Shown here in pieces: positions 32,685-46,228 of a stretch of DNA of 64,000 bases. The stretch is from Amoebidium appalachense (Eukaryota; Protista; Ichthyosporea): assembly GCA_963693365.1 (NCBI GenBank), contig CAVNZM010000010.1, positions 1,488,001 to 1,552,000 of the forward strand, in the 5' to 3' direction. The notes beneath the pieces are model-generated. The model searched no databases. It saw only the letters and a program-made list of their open reading frames with translations, and was not told the DNA's origin. A program made the translations under genes and the position numbers. Within the stretch, counting starts at the first letter, position 1; each line of letters starts with the position of its first letter.

Positions 32685-33063
32685 GAAGACTTATAGAAGG
32701 AAAGCAGAGGGGAAAGAACATTGTGGAACCTGGCACTACTTTCCGCTGGGGGATATTGTGTTGGTGGTGGCGGTCGGCGAAGAAAGATCGGTATCCCCGG
32801 GCGGCGCGGGGGGGGGAGGGGGGGGGGGGGGGGGGGGGGGGGGTAAAGGGGCATAGAAGTGATGAAGGCATAAAAACATGGAAGGGAGGAAGAGGAACAT
32901 ATTGAGTTACAGGGAAAAAAAGCAAGGAAGGTAAGGGTGTAAGACAGAGGGTGGAGAAGTGAACGTGGAAAGAAGGGGGGGAGCGGGTTTGGGGGGGGGG
33001 GGGGGGGGGGGGAGGGGGGGGGGGGGGGGGGGGGCAATCCCCATCCCTTGATGAAAGGGCGAA

Positions 33064-33112
<49 letters not shown>

Positions 33113-34575
33113 AAAGCGACGGATTGTACATTTTTTTGCAAACAAGCCACACCTGCCTTTTGGTAGCCAAAGTATTCGTAGTTTGATGTGGGTGGAAGGG
33201 GAGGATAGGGATGGAGTCGGGGGCGGGTGGGAGGCTATGGTGGGTGGAAGAAAAGGGCAGGGGGAAACCCCCCCCCCCCAAAAAAGACAAAACCACAACA
33301 TAACCCACGCACGCCAGCAAATATGCAGGCAAGGGACGCTGGAAAACAAACCCATCATCAGGGGTTTCTTTTGCCAAGTAGAACAAAGGTGTGTGCCTGT
33401 GAGTGTGTTAATTACGATGGGGGGAGGGGGGAGGTGGGGGGGGGGGGGGGGGGGGGGGATATCATAGAGGGCAATAAAAGAAGGCCCGATAGATATGCAT
33501 GCAGGCAAAGCACATGGTTTAAAGGTACCGGGAAACCAAACTAAATTCACGGACTGTGAGAAAACCCACCACCACACTTTGCTGTTACATGTAGCTCCCT
33601 CAGCCCAACCGGTCCACCCATGTGGGGCATCCAGTGGCCAAAATTTACACCCAGACTCATGAGGCGGACAGGGATAACTCCAAAGACGAGGGATGCCTGT
33701 TATGCAAGAAATATGTGAGTGCATACCACGGCTGGGCTATAAATATCAATAAGAATCACAAAAATCCAATTTGATGAGGTTAAACGGGCTGCTCTTAGCA
33801 AAAGAACTGGAAGGGGAGAGGGGCCGGGGGGGGGGGGGGGGGGGGGGGGGAGGGGGAGAAGGGGGGGGGGGGGGGGGGGGGGGGTTGAAGGAGGAGCGAC
33901 GCCCGGGGGGGGACTGGTGGGAGAGGGTGGGAAGGGGTGTCTCAGGCCCAGCAAAACTGGCACGGAAAACATGCGCACGGAGTGACATAATGTGGAAGAA
34001 TGAAGAGGACATATCACACCCACGAATGAAAGACAAAGGAATAGAAACTGCTTGCATGTGGTATCAGGCTCACGGGTGTCTGCCAGTGAGATATGGGTAA
34101 CCTACAAAAGAGTCTCTGTGTGCATAGCTACGAATATTGTGCGTTATCATCAAGTTTCCCGCCCCCCAACCCTTCCTCTCCCTTCACTCCCCTCTTACCT
34201 CCAACACACACACACGAACAACTACGTGTGTGTGCCATGCATACACACACACAGAGGAGAGGGAGGGGGGAACGGAAAGAGGTGACAAATGCTGAAGACG
34301 CACAACAGCACACACGCACAAGCACAACACACACGCACACATACACACACTCATTTACACGCGCCCACACACACAAACCCGCCCACCCACCCACACAGCC
34401 ACCCATCCACCCATACACGCCCCCCACCTCCACCACCCTCACACACACACACACACACACATGCATATAGAGAAGGAGACAATCATGCCCGGGCGGTGTG
34501 TATTGGTCAGGGCGAGGGCCCCTCTGAAAGTAGGGACCCACTTGCTTGGTCGAATCTCAACTGGGAAGGTATGTG
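31037..34575 (-). other. Possible multi-exon gene of unknown function (scattered exon-like islands)
   Basis: Complex, AG/GT-bounded islands near 34490-34560, 33590-33697, 31200-31297 and 31037-31062. I could not establish a full phase-consistent model. Confidence 0.3.
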
Positions 34576-34789
34576 TGCACACTGGCACGGTTTGTCCCCC
34601 CCCTCCTCCCCTTTCAGCCCCCCCTCCCCCCCCTCCCCCTCCCCCCCCCCCCCCCCCCCCCTCCCCACCCCACCCACACACACACACAATTACCACCACA
34701 ACCACCACCACCCTAACACACGCACGCACGCACGCACGCACGCACACACGCACGCACGCACGCACGAACGCACACACGCATGCACACAC

Positions 34790-34886
<97 letters not shown>

Positions 34887-34982
34887 ACAAACACCCACAC
34901 ACAAAGACTAAATACTTCCCCCACCACCTCAATATCTTCCTGCCTTTCCGTGCAGGATGCGTATCTTAAAGATATGACAAGG

Positions 34983-35013
<31 letters not shown>

Positions 35014-35073
35014 GGGGGGATGGGGGGGGAGATATTGCTTGTGCTTGTGTGTCTGTAGGTTGTGGGTGGATGT

Positions 35074-35113
<40 letters not shown>

Positions 35114-35527
35114 GGGGGGGGGGAGGGGGGGGGGGACAGCAGCTTGCAAGTGCAGACATGAAAGGTTGTGTTAGGTGTTGTCTGTCAGCACATGATCGTT
35201 TGCAAACACGTGTTTGTGTTCTTGGCGTTTGTGTTCATGCAGGGGCGTGTGCGTTTGTGATTGTGTGTGCGTGTATGGGGAGGGGGAAGGGAGGGGATGT
35301 GGCAGGGGGGACGGGGGGTGGAACGCTGCCGGCAGGGAGATGAGGATGGGACAAACCCCTTCCCCTCCCCCCTTTTCCCTTCCCCCAACCATCTCCCCCC
35401 CACCTCCCCTTCTGAATCCTTTGTGAACCTTGCTGTTCGACACCTCCCTCCCTGAAACTTTGGGTATATATGAACAAAGGGATCAAACAAAAAAAAGCCC
35501 CCCCCCCCCCCCCCCCCCCTCCCCCCT

Positions 35528-35561
<34 letters not shown>

Positions 35562-35994
35562 ACCCCCACCCCCTCCCCTCCCAAAAACAGACCATCCTTG
35601 CTCCTTGCTCTCTCCCCAGTTGAAGCTAGAAAAGTTGCACAGGGGTGAGGGGGCTGGGGGGAGGGGGCTGGGACGGATGCAGAGCAATTAAAGGGAGATA
35701 CAGACGGTAACACGAACCATTGAGAGAATGTGTGGAGAGCATGAGAGGCGGAAGAATGATGTATACCGGTCAGAGGAGTGGGTGGTGGGGAGGATAAGAG
35801 TATTATAAAGGGGAGGGAGAGGGGACGGGAGGAAGTTGGAAGAAGAACGGAGGGAGGGAGGAAGGGAGGGGGGAGGGAAGAGGGGGGGGGGAGGGGGGGG
35901 GGGGGGGGGATGTTTACCAAAGTGATACAGGTACGATTTATGTTCCACTGCCAAAGCCTTTGGCGTGATGTGTGTTTTTCCCATAAATGTCGAT

Positions 35995-36135
35995 ATCTTC
36001 TTTGAAACCTGCCCTAAAGCTGCTGCTAGGATATGTTTGCGCAACACTACAACCCAAAGGGAAAATCTTCTTTGAAACTGCCCTAAAGCTGCTACTAGAA
36101 TATGCTTGCGCAACACAAAAACCCAAAGGGAAAAT
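35995..36135. repeat. Two ~70-bp tandem units
   Basis: ATCTTCTTTGAAAC(C)TGCCCTAAAGCTGCT...TTGCGCAACAC...ACCCAAAGGGAAAAT occurs twice. Confidence 0.8.
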
Positions 36136-36506
36136 GGTTTATTATCATCACAGCATCTAAATGGAGTTGCCAAGCTAGTGAAGCCAGCTGCAGTGTTACC
36201 AAGCTAAAATAGAACAATCTGCCGTAGCGATGTAGTGCTACCTCACTAGATGCGCCTGTTCGTTGAACACGCTCTTGTCATTTGAAAACAAAGCCTCTCA
36301 GATCCCGGCACCTCTGTTTTTCTTCTGGAAAGGCCTGAACAGCGTTCGTGATCATGATTACGTAACAGCCCAATAAATAGATATATGGAATTCCGCCGCT
36401 GGATAGACTCAACTAGATTCCATGTAACCAATAGTAAAGGTTTTTGTTAAACCATAAAAAGCTATATTTGCAGTTTACACAAATTCACGGTTAGTATATC
36501 TCGCAG

Positions 36507-37397
36507 CTATCCAAACACCGAGACCTTCACCTTCTTGCAGTCCACGGGTCCCTCAAACGGAACCCGCGCACACCGTCCCCCAGCAACAGCCTTCCGATCA
36601 CCCTCCCAGGCACCTAATATGTCAGAAAGGCGCATGCCATACTTGAACTTAGTAAATGGTTTCTGCGTGTGATCTGTAGAGAGATGAGGTCCGGGTCCGG
36701 CCGAATGTATAACTCCCATCGTGTTTCCCTCCCACACCACCATCCCGACGTGTGTTATGGTGTTGCTTGTGGGTGTGCGCGAAAAGAAAATAAGATCGCC
36801 GTCTTGAAGGGTTGTCATGTTCGTTACACGAGGTATAGACATTGTTGCTTGACGTGTAATGCCACTACTGATGACTACCCCCAGCACGAGATTATACAGC
36901 CAGCTGGTGAAGTTACTGCAGTCTATCCCACGTTTTCCCATCTTGGGGTTGAGCCAGTATGGGTCATGGTGGTGTGCATAGGAGAGACCTTGCTGTGTGT
37001 AGTATCTGGCGGCAAGCACAAGATTCGAGCGTATGTCTTCCAAATTGGTTGTCTTGGTGGCCGGGAAGCATGGATCGTTTGGACCCCAGGAGTCCAAGCG
37101 CATAGAAGGCCAGCATGCTTGATAGCGTGAGTGAAGGGCTAGCTGTGACGAAAACTTCTCCTCGAAGCTCTCTGCTCTCCTGGCTACTATTGAGCTGGTA
37201 TGCTCGGACAAGGTGCTTGTGGGAGCATCATCGACGTTGAAAGATGCAGCCCGAGGATTCACATGGTATACGTAGGCTGGGCTGTTGTTATCAACTACGG
37301 AGGCAGAAACTGCAGCTGAACATGATACACCCACACAAGAAACTATAAGGAACACGGCAAAGGGAAAGGTAAACATGGCTTTAAACTCGATTCCCAT
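36507..37397 (-). CDS. Secreted NlpC/P60-family cysteine peptidase, copy A (296 aa from ATG 37397, or 289 aa from 37376), intronless
   Basis: Hydrophobic N-terminus (MFTFPFAVFLIVSCVGVSCSAA). Motifs YAHHHDPYW, GIDCSNFTSWLY, LQDGDLIFF, ITHVGMV and VIHSAG supply the Cys-His-His triad. TATA-like TATATAAA on the minus strand near 37595-37602. Confidence 0.9.
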   Translation of the reverse strand: MGIEFKAMFTFPFAVFLIVSCVGVSCSAAVSASVVDNNSPAYVYHVNPRAASFNVDDAPTSTLSEHTSSIVARRAESFEEKFSSQLALHSRYQACWPSMRLDSWGPNDPCFPATKTTNLEDIRSNLVLAARYYTQQGLSYAHHHDPYWLNPKMGKRGIDCSNFTSWLYNLVLGVVISSGITRQATMSIPRVTNMTTLQDGDLIFFSRTPTSNTITHVGMVVWEGNTMGVIHSAGPGPHLSTDHTQKPFTKFKYGMRLSDILGAWEGDRKAVAGGRCARVPFEGPVDCKKVKVSVFG

Positions 37398-37617
37398 TCT
37401 GTCACGGCGCGGCAGTGCAGCGAAGGTGAACCTTTGAAGAGTCACCTCGAGTTCCCAAGAAGTCACCGGTGAGAACGGACCGATTTGTCAAGGGAACGAA
37501 TAGGAGTCCTGTAAAGTAGAAGCACACAGGTTCAAACACGTTGAAGACGAAGCCTGTGTTTTAGTGAGGAACACCGCTTCTTTTGGCCCAAGGCTTTATA
37601 TACCTACCGGGGCCTGA

Positions 37618-37958
37618 CACCCGAGGTTTGTTGCTTTTTTTAACCTACCAATCAAAATGCTCAAGCTTCCGTAGCCAATAGAAACGAACGCGATTTATCC
37701 GTGTGACTCGTGAGAAGTAAACAAAGCCATACAGCAGTCACAAGAAGAGTCTACCGATATTGATAATTGTCTCCATGAACAGGAACACAATACTATATGC
37801 CACAGGTAGGCCAAAATTTCTGTGTGCTCAAGAGAGCCCGTGGCAGTATGCACAGCATAGGGGTGTCGCGACGTACACTCGTACACCCGAGGTTTGCTTA
37901 GTGCTTTTTTTAGTGACCAATAAAATGCCAAAGCCGCCAAAAGCCAATAGGAACGAGC
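37618..37958. promoter_or_regulatory. Duplicated ~70-bp module with tandem CCAAT boxes in the shared NlpC/P60 intergenic region
   Basis: CACCCGAGGTTTG...CCAAT...AAATGC...AGCCAATAG.AACGA at ~37618-37690 and ~37884-37958. TATAAAA at 38222 for the plus-strand gene. Confidence 0.5.
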
Positions 37959-38340
37959 CTCCTCTTTTGTGAACATAACTTGGATAATCGATTTGGAGAA
38001 CAATCAAAGCTCAAAAAAAAAGGGAAGTCTAAAGCGCGTGTATTTATTGATAATTAGTTGCATGTATGACTTTCTTTACGTTGTTTGCACCAGTTTCTAG
38101 ATCTCTGCAGCTACTGCAACACTATAGCTAATCCGGATTTCGACCTTGAATGACGTAAGGAATTCGTCATCACGGCTGAAGCTGCAAACAAACACACCCA
38201 CGCATGGACAGAGAACACAGGTATAAAAGTGGACGGCGCTCAGAAACGAGTTACACCAACTCGTCCAAAGACAAAGGACTTTTCGTGGTCGCTACAAGCA
38301 TCGTGCTCGGTTACGTTTCTCTCCGGATCCCTTGGGCAAG

Positions 38341-39159
38341 ATGGACACCCGCAAAAACACAAGTGGCATCTACCAAACCTGCTTTCGCCTGTGTGTATTC
38401 GTCGGTCTGGTGAATTTCTCTCCACTTGTTTCCGGAAGTCCCTTGCCTTCCACACCTTCTACCCACGTCTTGGCTACCCGGCAATCTGGATTTGAGCAGT
38501 TGTTTTCAGCGCAGCTAGCCCTCCACGCACGTTATGAAAAATGTTGGCCAACTATGCGCTTCGACTCAACGCTTGGACCTGAAGACCCGTGCTTCCCGCC
38601 CACCACCAACAACAATGTTGATGACATGCGCGCAAGACTTGTTCTCGCTGCGAAGTACTACTTAAAGCAAAACCTCTCCTATGCACACCACTACGACCCC
38701 TACTGGGTCAATCCCAAAACGGGGAAACGCGGGCTCGATTGCAGCAAGTTTACGTCGTGGCTTTACAATATCGCCCTGGGTGTGGGTTTGAGCAGCAGTG
38801 TTTCGCGCCAAGCAGCGATGCCTCTACTTCGCATAAAGAACATGACAGCCCTTCGTGATGGAGACCTTATGTTCTTCTCCGAGTCGCCAAAAAGCAACGT
38901 GATTGGACATGTGGGCATGGCTGTGTGGGAAGGAAACACACTGGGTGTGGCTCACGCTGCAAACCCGCGTGAAAACATAATGCTGTCTACCAATCACGCT
39001 CAGGCGCCCTTTACCAAATTCAGGTATGGGTTGAGGTTGGTGGATATAGTGAAGGACTGGCAGGGTGGGCGGAAGGCTGTGGTTGGTGGGAAGTGTGCTC
39101 GGGTTCCTTTTGAGGGACCGGTGGACTGTAAGAAGGTTGAGATTGTAAATTTTAACTAG
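38341..39159 (+). CDS. Secreted NlpC/P60-family cysteine peptidase, copy B, 272 aa, intronless
   Basis: Signal-like FRLCVFVGLVNFSPLVSG. Motifs YAHHYDPYW, GLDCSKFTSWLY, LRDGDLMFF, IGHVGMAV, VAHAAN. Colinear with copy A, including the C-terminal CARVPFEGPVDCKKV. Confidence 0.9.
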   Translation: MDTRKNTSGIYQTCFRLCVFVGLVNFSPLVSGSPLPSTPSTHVLATRQSGFEQLFSAQLALHARYEKCWPTMRFDSTLGPEDPCFPPTTNNNVDDMRARLVLAAKYYLKQNLSYAHHYDPYWVNPKTGKRGLDCSKFTSWLYNIALGVGLSSSVSRQAAMPLLRIKNMTALRDGDLMFFSESPKSNVIGHVGMAVWEGNTLGVAHAANPRENIMLSTNHAQAPFTKFRYGLRLVDIVKDWQGGRKAVVGGKCARVPFEGPVDCKKVEIVNFN

Positions 39160-39866
39160 CGTCTGTATGGACTCGCACTACCCTGATGTAACGAATGATA
39201 GTACTCGTGTTGTTACACGTGTGCTGAGTATGACTTAGATGGCATAAGTGTAACCTTATCGGTAGAACGTGTATAGTAGCAGCCGATACCAATAACCCGG
39301 ATGCTTATTGGTCTGCCCCCAGATATAGGCAGAGCCTATTCCATGGTAGCCTCCGATGGCGATGATAGAAAATAAAAAAACTATGATATGCAGCTAGGTT
39401 TCAAACCCACATAATGCGCAACCTGCCGCGTATCGATACTGCTCGGGGCATAAATGCCCATCACCATACACTTGATAATATTCAGCAGTGCCTGCACTTC
39501 CTCTATTTTTGCAGCAGAGACACAAAATCCCTCCCTCCCTCCCCCCTCCCCCCCCCTCCCCCCCCCCCCCCCCCCCCCCCCCCGCCCAGGCGCCTTTCTC
39601 CCCCCGGCCCCTCCCACCTCTCTTTTCCCCTGCACACATGCATGCAGGGGTATGCATTATATCCATCCCTCCCGTTTAGCCCTTAGGGCCTCCCCACCCG
39701 CACTTGGGGTTGCAGCTGAAAAATGAAAGAAACAAAAGAAAAAGCGGCGTGCAGAGGAAAGTACGTTAACTGCCCCGCCTCCCCTTCTCCCAATTTGCAA
39801 CCTCCCCTTCCTGCCCCCCCCCTCCCTCCTTCCCCCCGGTCGCCAGGCTTTGCTTGAACACAAACA

Positions 39867-39913
<47 letters not shown>

Positions 39914-39931
39914 ACACGCGCGCGCCCACAC

Positions 39932-40046
<115 letters not shown>

Positions 40047-40867
40047 CGTTACACGCGCGCACCCACACAAACACACACACATACACACACACACGCGCGC
40101 GCGCGCGAGCGCGTGTGCATAGGAACACACACACACACACACATTGCACATACACGTGCACAAGCACACACACAGCACGTACACCACAGCACGTACGCAC
40201 ACACACCTGCTCCCCCCACCCCCCTCTCCCCTCCGGGCGCCCCTCTCCGTTTGCAAATGCGATTGGAGACCCTCTTTCTTTTTTGCCCTTTTTTGGTGGT
40301 GATTGGGGGGGTGGGAGGGGGGTCGGGGGGGGGGGGGGGGGGGGGGGGGGCATCAACTGCAATGTACGTATACCATGCATGGCTGTGTGAGGACGAAAAA
40401 GGGTAAACTTCGCGCGAGTGCACGACACCTGGTGTGTGTGTGTGTGTGTGTGCACGTCTGTATGTGTGTGCCTGTGTGTGTGTTCGTGTGTGTTTGTGCA
40501 GCCACTTTGTGTGTGTGTGTGTTTTGAGGATGTTAGGTGGTGGGTGGGGTATTGATTCCGTGTGCTCGAAGTCTGTTTGTGTAGTGAGATGAAGAGAAGC
40601 GTGGGAGAGGTGGGGGGAGAGAGGAGGGGTGGCATATAAAAAACCATTGCATTGGATATGGATTTATATGCACAATGCCCTGAGAACTTGAAAATGAAAA
40701 GGTAGGAGAAAGGATTAGAAAAGGTTACGGGATACACAGGGGAAGACAGTAGAAAATGGATGGCCGGAGGAGAGAGGAAGAGCAAGAGACCCCGGCGCTG
40801 GTGATCTTCCCCCCCTCCCCCCTCCCCCCCCCTCCGCCCCCCCCCCCCCCCCTCCGCCCCTCCGCCC

Positions 40868-40900
<33 letters not shown>

Positions 40901-41760
40901 CACCTTTCTTTCGGAGCCATGAGTGTCTGTCAAAATGGACGTGAGATGTACACGAATCATGCAATACTGAATGGTTTACATAAATGCAATAAACTTAAAT
41001 ACAGATAGCTACAAATTAACCTCAGTGATTAGCCTGTTCCTTACCTGGAAATATCAGCCCCCCTACCTACCCTCCTGCGTCCCCCCCCCCCCCCCCCTGT
41101 CCTGCCCTTGTCCAGGCTGCCCCTCCCTCCCCATCCCCCCCCCCCCCCCCCCCCCCCCCCGCCCCCCGGGAGCCGGTGGGGTGCCTACGCCTCTCTACAC
41201 GCGCTGTTGTTGTCTCACAGTGATGCACCCGTCTATAGAGACTCGACATTTGCCATAATACCCTCGTAAATATTATGACCACATATGTACACAGGTGTGC
41301 GTCTTGTGGATTGGCCGCACCTGGCATTTTTTTTGCTATTCAATTCTTTGGGCGTCCTTGCATAGTTTCTTCTTGTTTTTTTTTGTTTTTTTTTCCCACG
41401 CGGCCTTTACTTTAACCTCTTCACCGGCATGCACTGAGTGATTTTACCGGCAGCCGGCCAGCTCTAAACAGCTCTAAACAACTCGACTGCGGCTTAAAAC
41501 CGATAGAAAAAGCTCAAATAAATTGTAAATATCAACACGTATATATCTTACTTGCATACGTTTCTAAGTTGGTTTGGGGAAAATATCATTATTTCGTATA
41601 CTTTTGTATGTTTGTGTTTCTGAAGTGACTATCTAGGGAAATTTGCCAGTATGAACAGGTTAAAAACGTGACTGACTCTATCATGAGAGCTTGTAGGGAT
41701 TTGGAAGATTTGGTGTACCACACACAAACAGACAAAAACACGTGCACGCAAGTACGCACG

Positions 41761-41830
<70 letters not shown>

Positions 41831-42640
41831 CTGCACAGACACACACACAAACACACGACCCCCTTCCCCCCCCCCCCCCCCCCCCCGTTTTGAGGCCATT
41901 TCGAATGCCTTCAGCTACTTGTACACACTCGCACAGGTACACACACACAATGGCGCGCGAAAGCGCACCACACGCGCGTGCACGCGCGTATGCGCACACA
42001 TGCACATGTGCACACCTGCCTCGCACGTACACACACATGCGTCCAGAAAGATTTATGGAAACGCATAGAGGGGGGAGCGGGGAAAGGGGCGGGGGGGGGG
42101 GGGGGGGGGGGGGAGGGGGGAGGAGACACTCCGAGTAGGGTCAAACAATCAAAAGCTCAACGGGAAGAGAGAGGGCGAGGGGGGGGGGGGGGGGGGGGAG
42201 GGGGAGGGGGAGCTACCCACCACCCACACGTCTGCCCCCCTCCCCCCCTCCCCCCCCCCCCCCCCACACACACACACACACTCCCTCCACCCGTGTGGGA
42301 GTGTGCGCCTTTCAGTAATCGTGTGGATGTGGGCATCGTTTGTGCATGCCAGAGTCTACTGTTAATTTCCGGCGTAAATGCCACATTAACCCAAATATGT
42401 GTGTGTGCGGGTACGGGTGTTTGCGAGTGTGTGTGCATGCGAGCTTTTCGAATGCTTGTTTGATTTGTATGAGTATATGCATTAATTGTGTTTGTGCACG
42501 CTACGGTATACGCGTGTGTGTGTGTTTGTGTGTGTGTGTACGCACGCACGCACACGCGCACGCATGCACGCACGCACGTACGCACACACGCGCGCACGCA
42601 CGCGCACACGCACACACACACACGTATGCAGAAGTTGATC

Positions 42641-42688
<48 letters not shown>

Positions 42689-42717
42689 GGCGCGCGTGCG
42701 CATGTGTGTGTGTAACA

Positions 42718-42788
<71 letters not shown>

Positions 42789-42847
42789 GTGTGTGTGTGT
42801 GTGTGTGCACGCGCGCCCACGTGTGTTCACATATGCGTGCCTTCTGC

Positions 42848-42878
<31 letters not shown>

Positions 42879-43609
42879 GAGAAAAAGGGGTAAGGGGAAG
42901 AGATCAATCCGATAGGCTACCCGATTGTGTACACATGTGCAACTATCCAGATCAACAAGGTGTGTTTAATTGCACAGCCCATGGCCCCCCAAGTTGTATT
43001 TATTGTTTTCCGGTGTTTTACACCAGCGGTTGACTGATTTTTGCTAACTATACAAAACTAAACTAGACTTGCGTCATGCTTTGCTCTTTATGCCCCCCAA
43101 CGTGACTAAGACTCACAGAATAAGCACGTTATGCAGACAAGATTGTGGACTGCAACCGGAGACGTGCATGCAACTTACCTTACTAAAAATTCAAATAATA
43201 ACTGTAGTAGACCCCAGTGTAACGGATAAATTTTACATAATGGAACCATCATTATCACACAACTGGCAATATTAAGTAAGGCGGTAACATGAAAAACAAG
43301 AATGTATAGCGAAGGTCCTCGACCCGGCCTCTGTAGAAAGCAGACGAATAACCGTTGCAAGAGTCACCGAGTAAACTGAGTAACAGGATAGTAAAACCAC
43401 GTGCACCTTGGAAAGATAAATATTAGCTTAGTAGCTAAAAAAATGATCAACGGATAGAGATTCATATGGCAAACACTAACATGTACAACTTCGAGGCTAT
43501 CTACAGAACATCCATCAGAATGATAAAGAAAATTCTAGAAACTCGCTTTGCTGCAGCCACAACCTGAAACAAAACATCGACTAAGTAAAAACGTTAACGA
43601 ACAAAGGCA

Positions 43610-44043
43610 TCAAGCTAGTGGGGTTTCAGAATCACCCCACAGACTATGTAGTGCTGTGGCATCAAAAAAATCGTCGCAACCCCGGGGCCACCCGCTCTCA
43701 TTCAATGGCCACCATCTTGCTGATGCGATTCCCACCGCACATTGCCATGTCTTTATGTTACACTCCCTACCAACGCCACCATTTCCACCCATCACCCTGA
43801 AATTTCAGAGTGCAATCGCCTGCACCGGGCCCGCCTGCCCAGGGCGGAACGCCACGTACCCATAAGTGTCCGTTTCCTCTGGAGCTTCCACCGGATCGGT
43901 AAGAGGGGTGCGAATAGTATCGCTGATATCATTGGCTGAATAAAAATTTAAAAGCCCGGTAATCGTGTCGAATCCGATCGTGTTGAGGGAAAACTTCCAC
44001 TGTGTGTCCATCTGAATAGGCACGTGGAGTAGCTTGTTCATGT

Positions 44044-44116
<73 letters not shown>

Positions 44117-44118
44117 CT

Positions 44119-44195
<77 letters not shown>

Positions 44196-44747
44196 CGCGC
44201 GCCTGTGTGTGTGTGCGTGTGTGTGTGTGAGTATACGCACAAGGTTGTATGAAAAGTGTGGGCTTGGTTAGTCATCACTATTTGCATGCCATTTTCAGAG
44301 GCCCAAACACAATCTTGGCACCCTCACCTTGCTGTTTTCCGTACACGAACTACATTGTGCATGTAACTGCCCGCCCCCCCCCCCCCCCCCCCCCCCCCCG
44401 AAACAAACATACTTACACACAACAAACAACACACACAATTTGTGAAACGCTTGTACGGAGTGCGCACTGTGATGTGGCTTCTAGAGTATGCTGCTACCCG
44501 GCCCGATTACTAGCGACACAGTGCGTGTATATTAGTAAGTCCCAAATGCAAAAGAAAATAAGGGGGAAAAACCATGCACACAAACAGCAAGGAGAAACTT
44601 AACAACAAGTGAAAAACAAAAGAATAAAGCATGCCACTACCCTACAAGTTACATCGCAGAAAAGCAAGCACGGGTTTTAGACAAATGCACGCAGGCACGC
44701 ACGCACCGGCACGCACGCAGGCACGCACGGACGCACGCGCGCGCGCG

Positions 44748-44780
<33 letters not shown>

Positions 44781-45436
44781 GTACTTCACAGAGATGATGT
44801 AACCGCGCCCGTCGCTGAATCTCAGCAGCCACTGTCCGTTGACCTTCCCATCGAACATGGTTTCTAGAAGCTGCCGCCGCTCACCATGTGACAGGGGCGG
44901 AAGCTCGTGGAAGAAACTGCAGTTGCCATATTGATTAGCAAGTGAAAAATCAAAAAAGTTTGGAAATTTGAAAACGGGTGAAGATTGGCTTCTGCAGACA
45001 GTGCTAGGTATGCACGTGGGCGACTGTGAATTGCTAATAACGAAGGAAATTCTTACTGTAAAAAACTTTACACGTGCACTGTGTTTTGTGGTTGTCCCAA
45101 CTTCGGTTGGCAAGTTGTGTCGTGTGGGCATATGCAAGTAACTTCTTTTGTGCGCACTTCGAGGTAGAGTGCCGAAAAGACGTTTGAATGAACAATTTGT
45201 TTTCTTCTTCTTCTTTTGGTTTCAGCTGCACAGCCAATTGATATTTTCTTACCTCGAAAGCAAATCCAGAAATGGCTAAGTCCCTGTCAGAATCACAGGA
45301 CAACAGAAAGGCGCATTCACCTCTCTTAACACACTCCACAGACATGTGTTTGTCTTCTTTCTTTCTTTGTTCTTTCTTTCTTTACAGGTGCCCCCTCCCC
45401 CCCCCCCCCCCCCCCCCCCCCCACCACCACCACCAC

Positions 45437-45470
<34 letters not shown>

Positions 45471-45840
45471 CAAAACGCTTTCTTGTGCATTTATTCTCTC
45501 GAATCGAATTTCAAACGAGCCACACTCAAATGCTATTGTAACTATAGACTAACAGAAAGCCCCCCTCCCCCTCTCCTCATGTTTTATATGAAAAAGCGGG
45601 GAAAAAATCATTCTCACCTACACTGCTCCACGTTTGCATTATCAGCAACCACATATCTCGCAGCATACTCCATCACGGGCCTCCGCTGACCGAAAAATGG
45701 CCTCTGTGAGTCGATGACCACGGGGCCTCTTCTGTCTCCTTTGACTGATGCGCGTGCGGTGGGTGGGCTGAATGTAAACTCCTGAGGGGGAAGGGGTGGG
45801 GGTGGGGGGGGGGGGGGGGTTACACATGGTAAGGGGGTGG

Positions 45841-45879
<39 letters not shown>

Positions 45880-46193
45880 TGTGTACCTGTGTATGTGTGT
45901 GCATGTAGTTCTACGTGTACCTGTACATGTACGTACGTGTGGGAAGCTCTTGAACGTAGATCGGTTTTGTGCTTCAATAGTATATCCTTTAGGAATAATG
46001 CAGCCAGGGTAGCCACACAGCTTGCTGATTGGGTACAAGAATCTCTGTCAACGGGCTTCTTTTTAGCCGAAAACTGTTATCCTGTTTCCCTCACTGCTGA
46101 CACGTGAAAAACACCGTTCATACAATCATACACACACAAAAAGGTAAACAAATATAAACACTAACACCGCTAGATGTTATGAGGCAATTGCAC

Positions 46194-46228
<35 letters not shown>

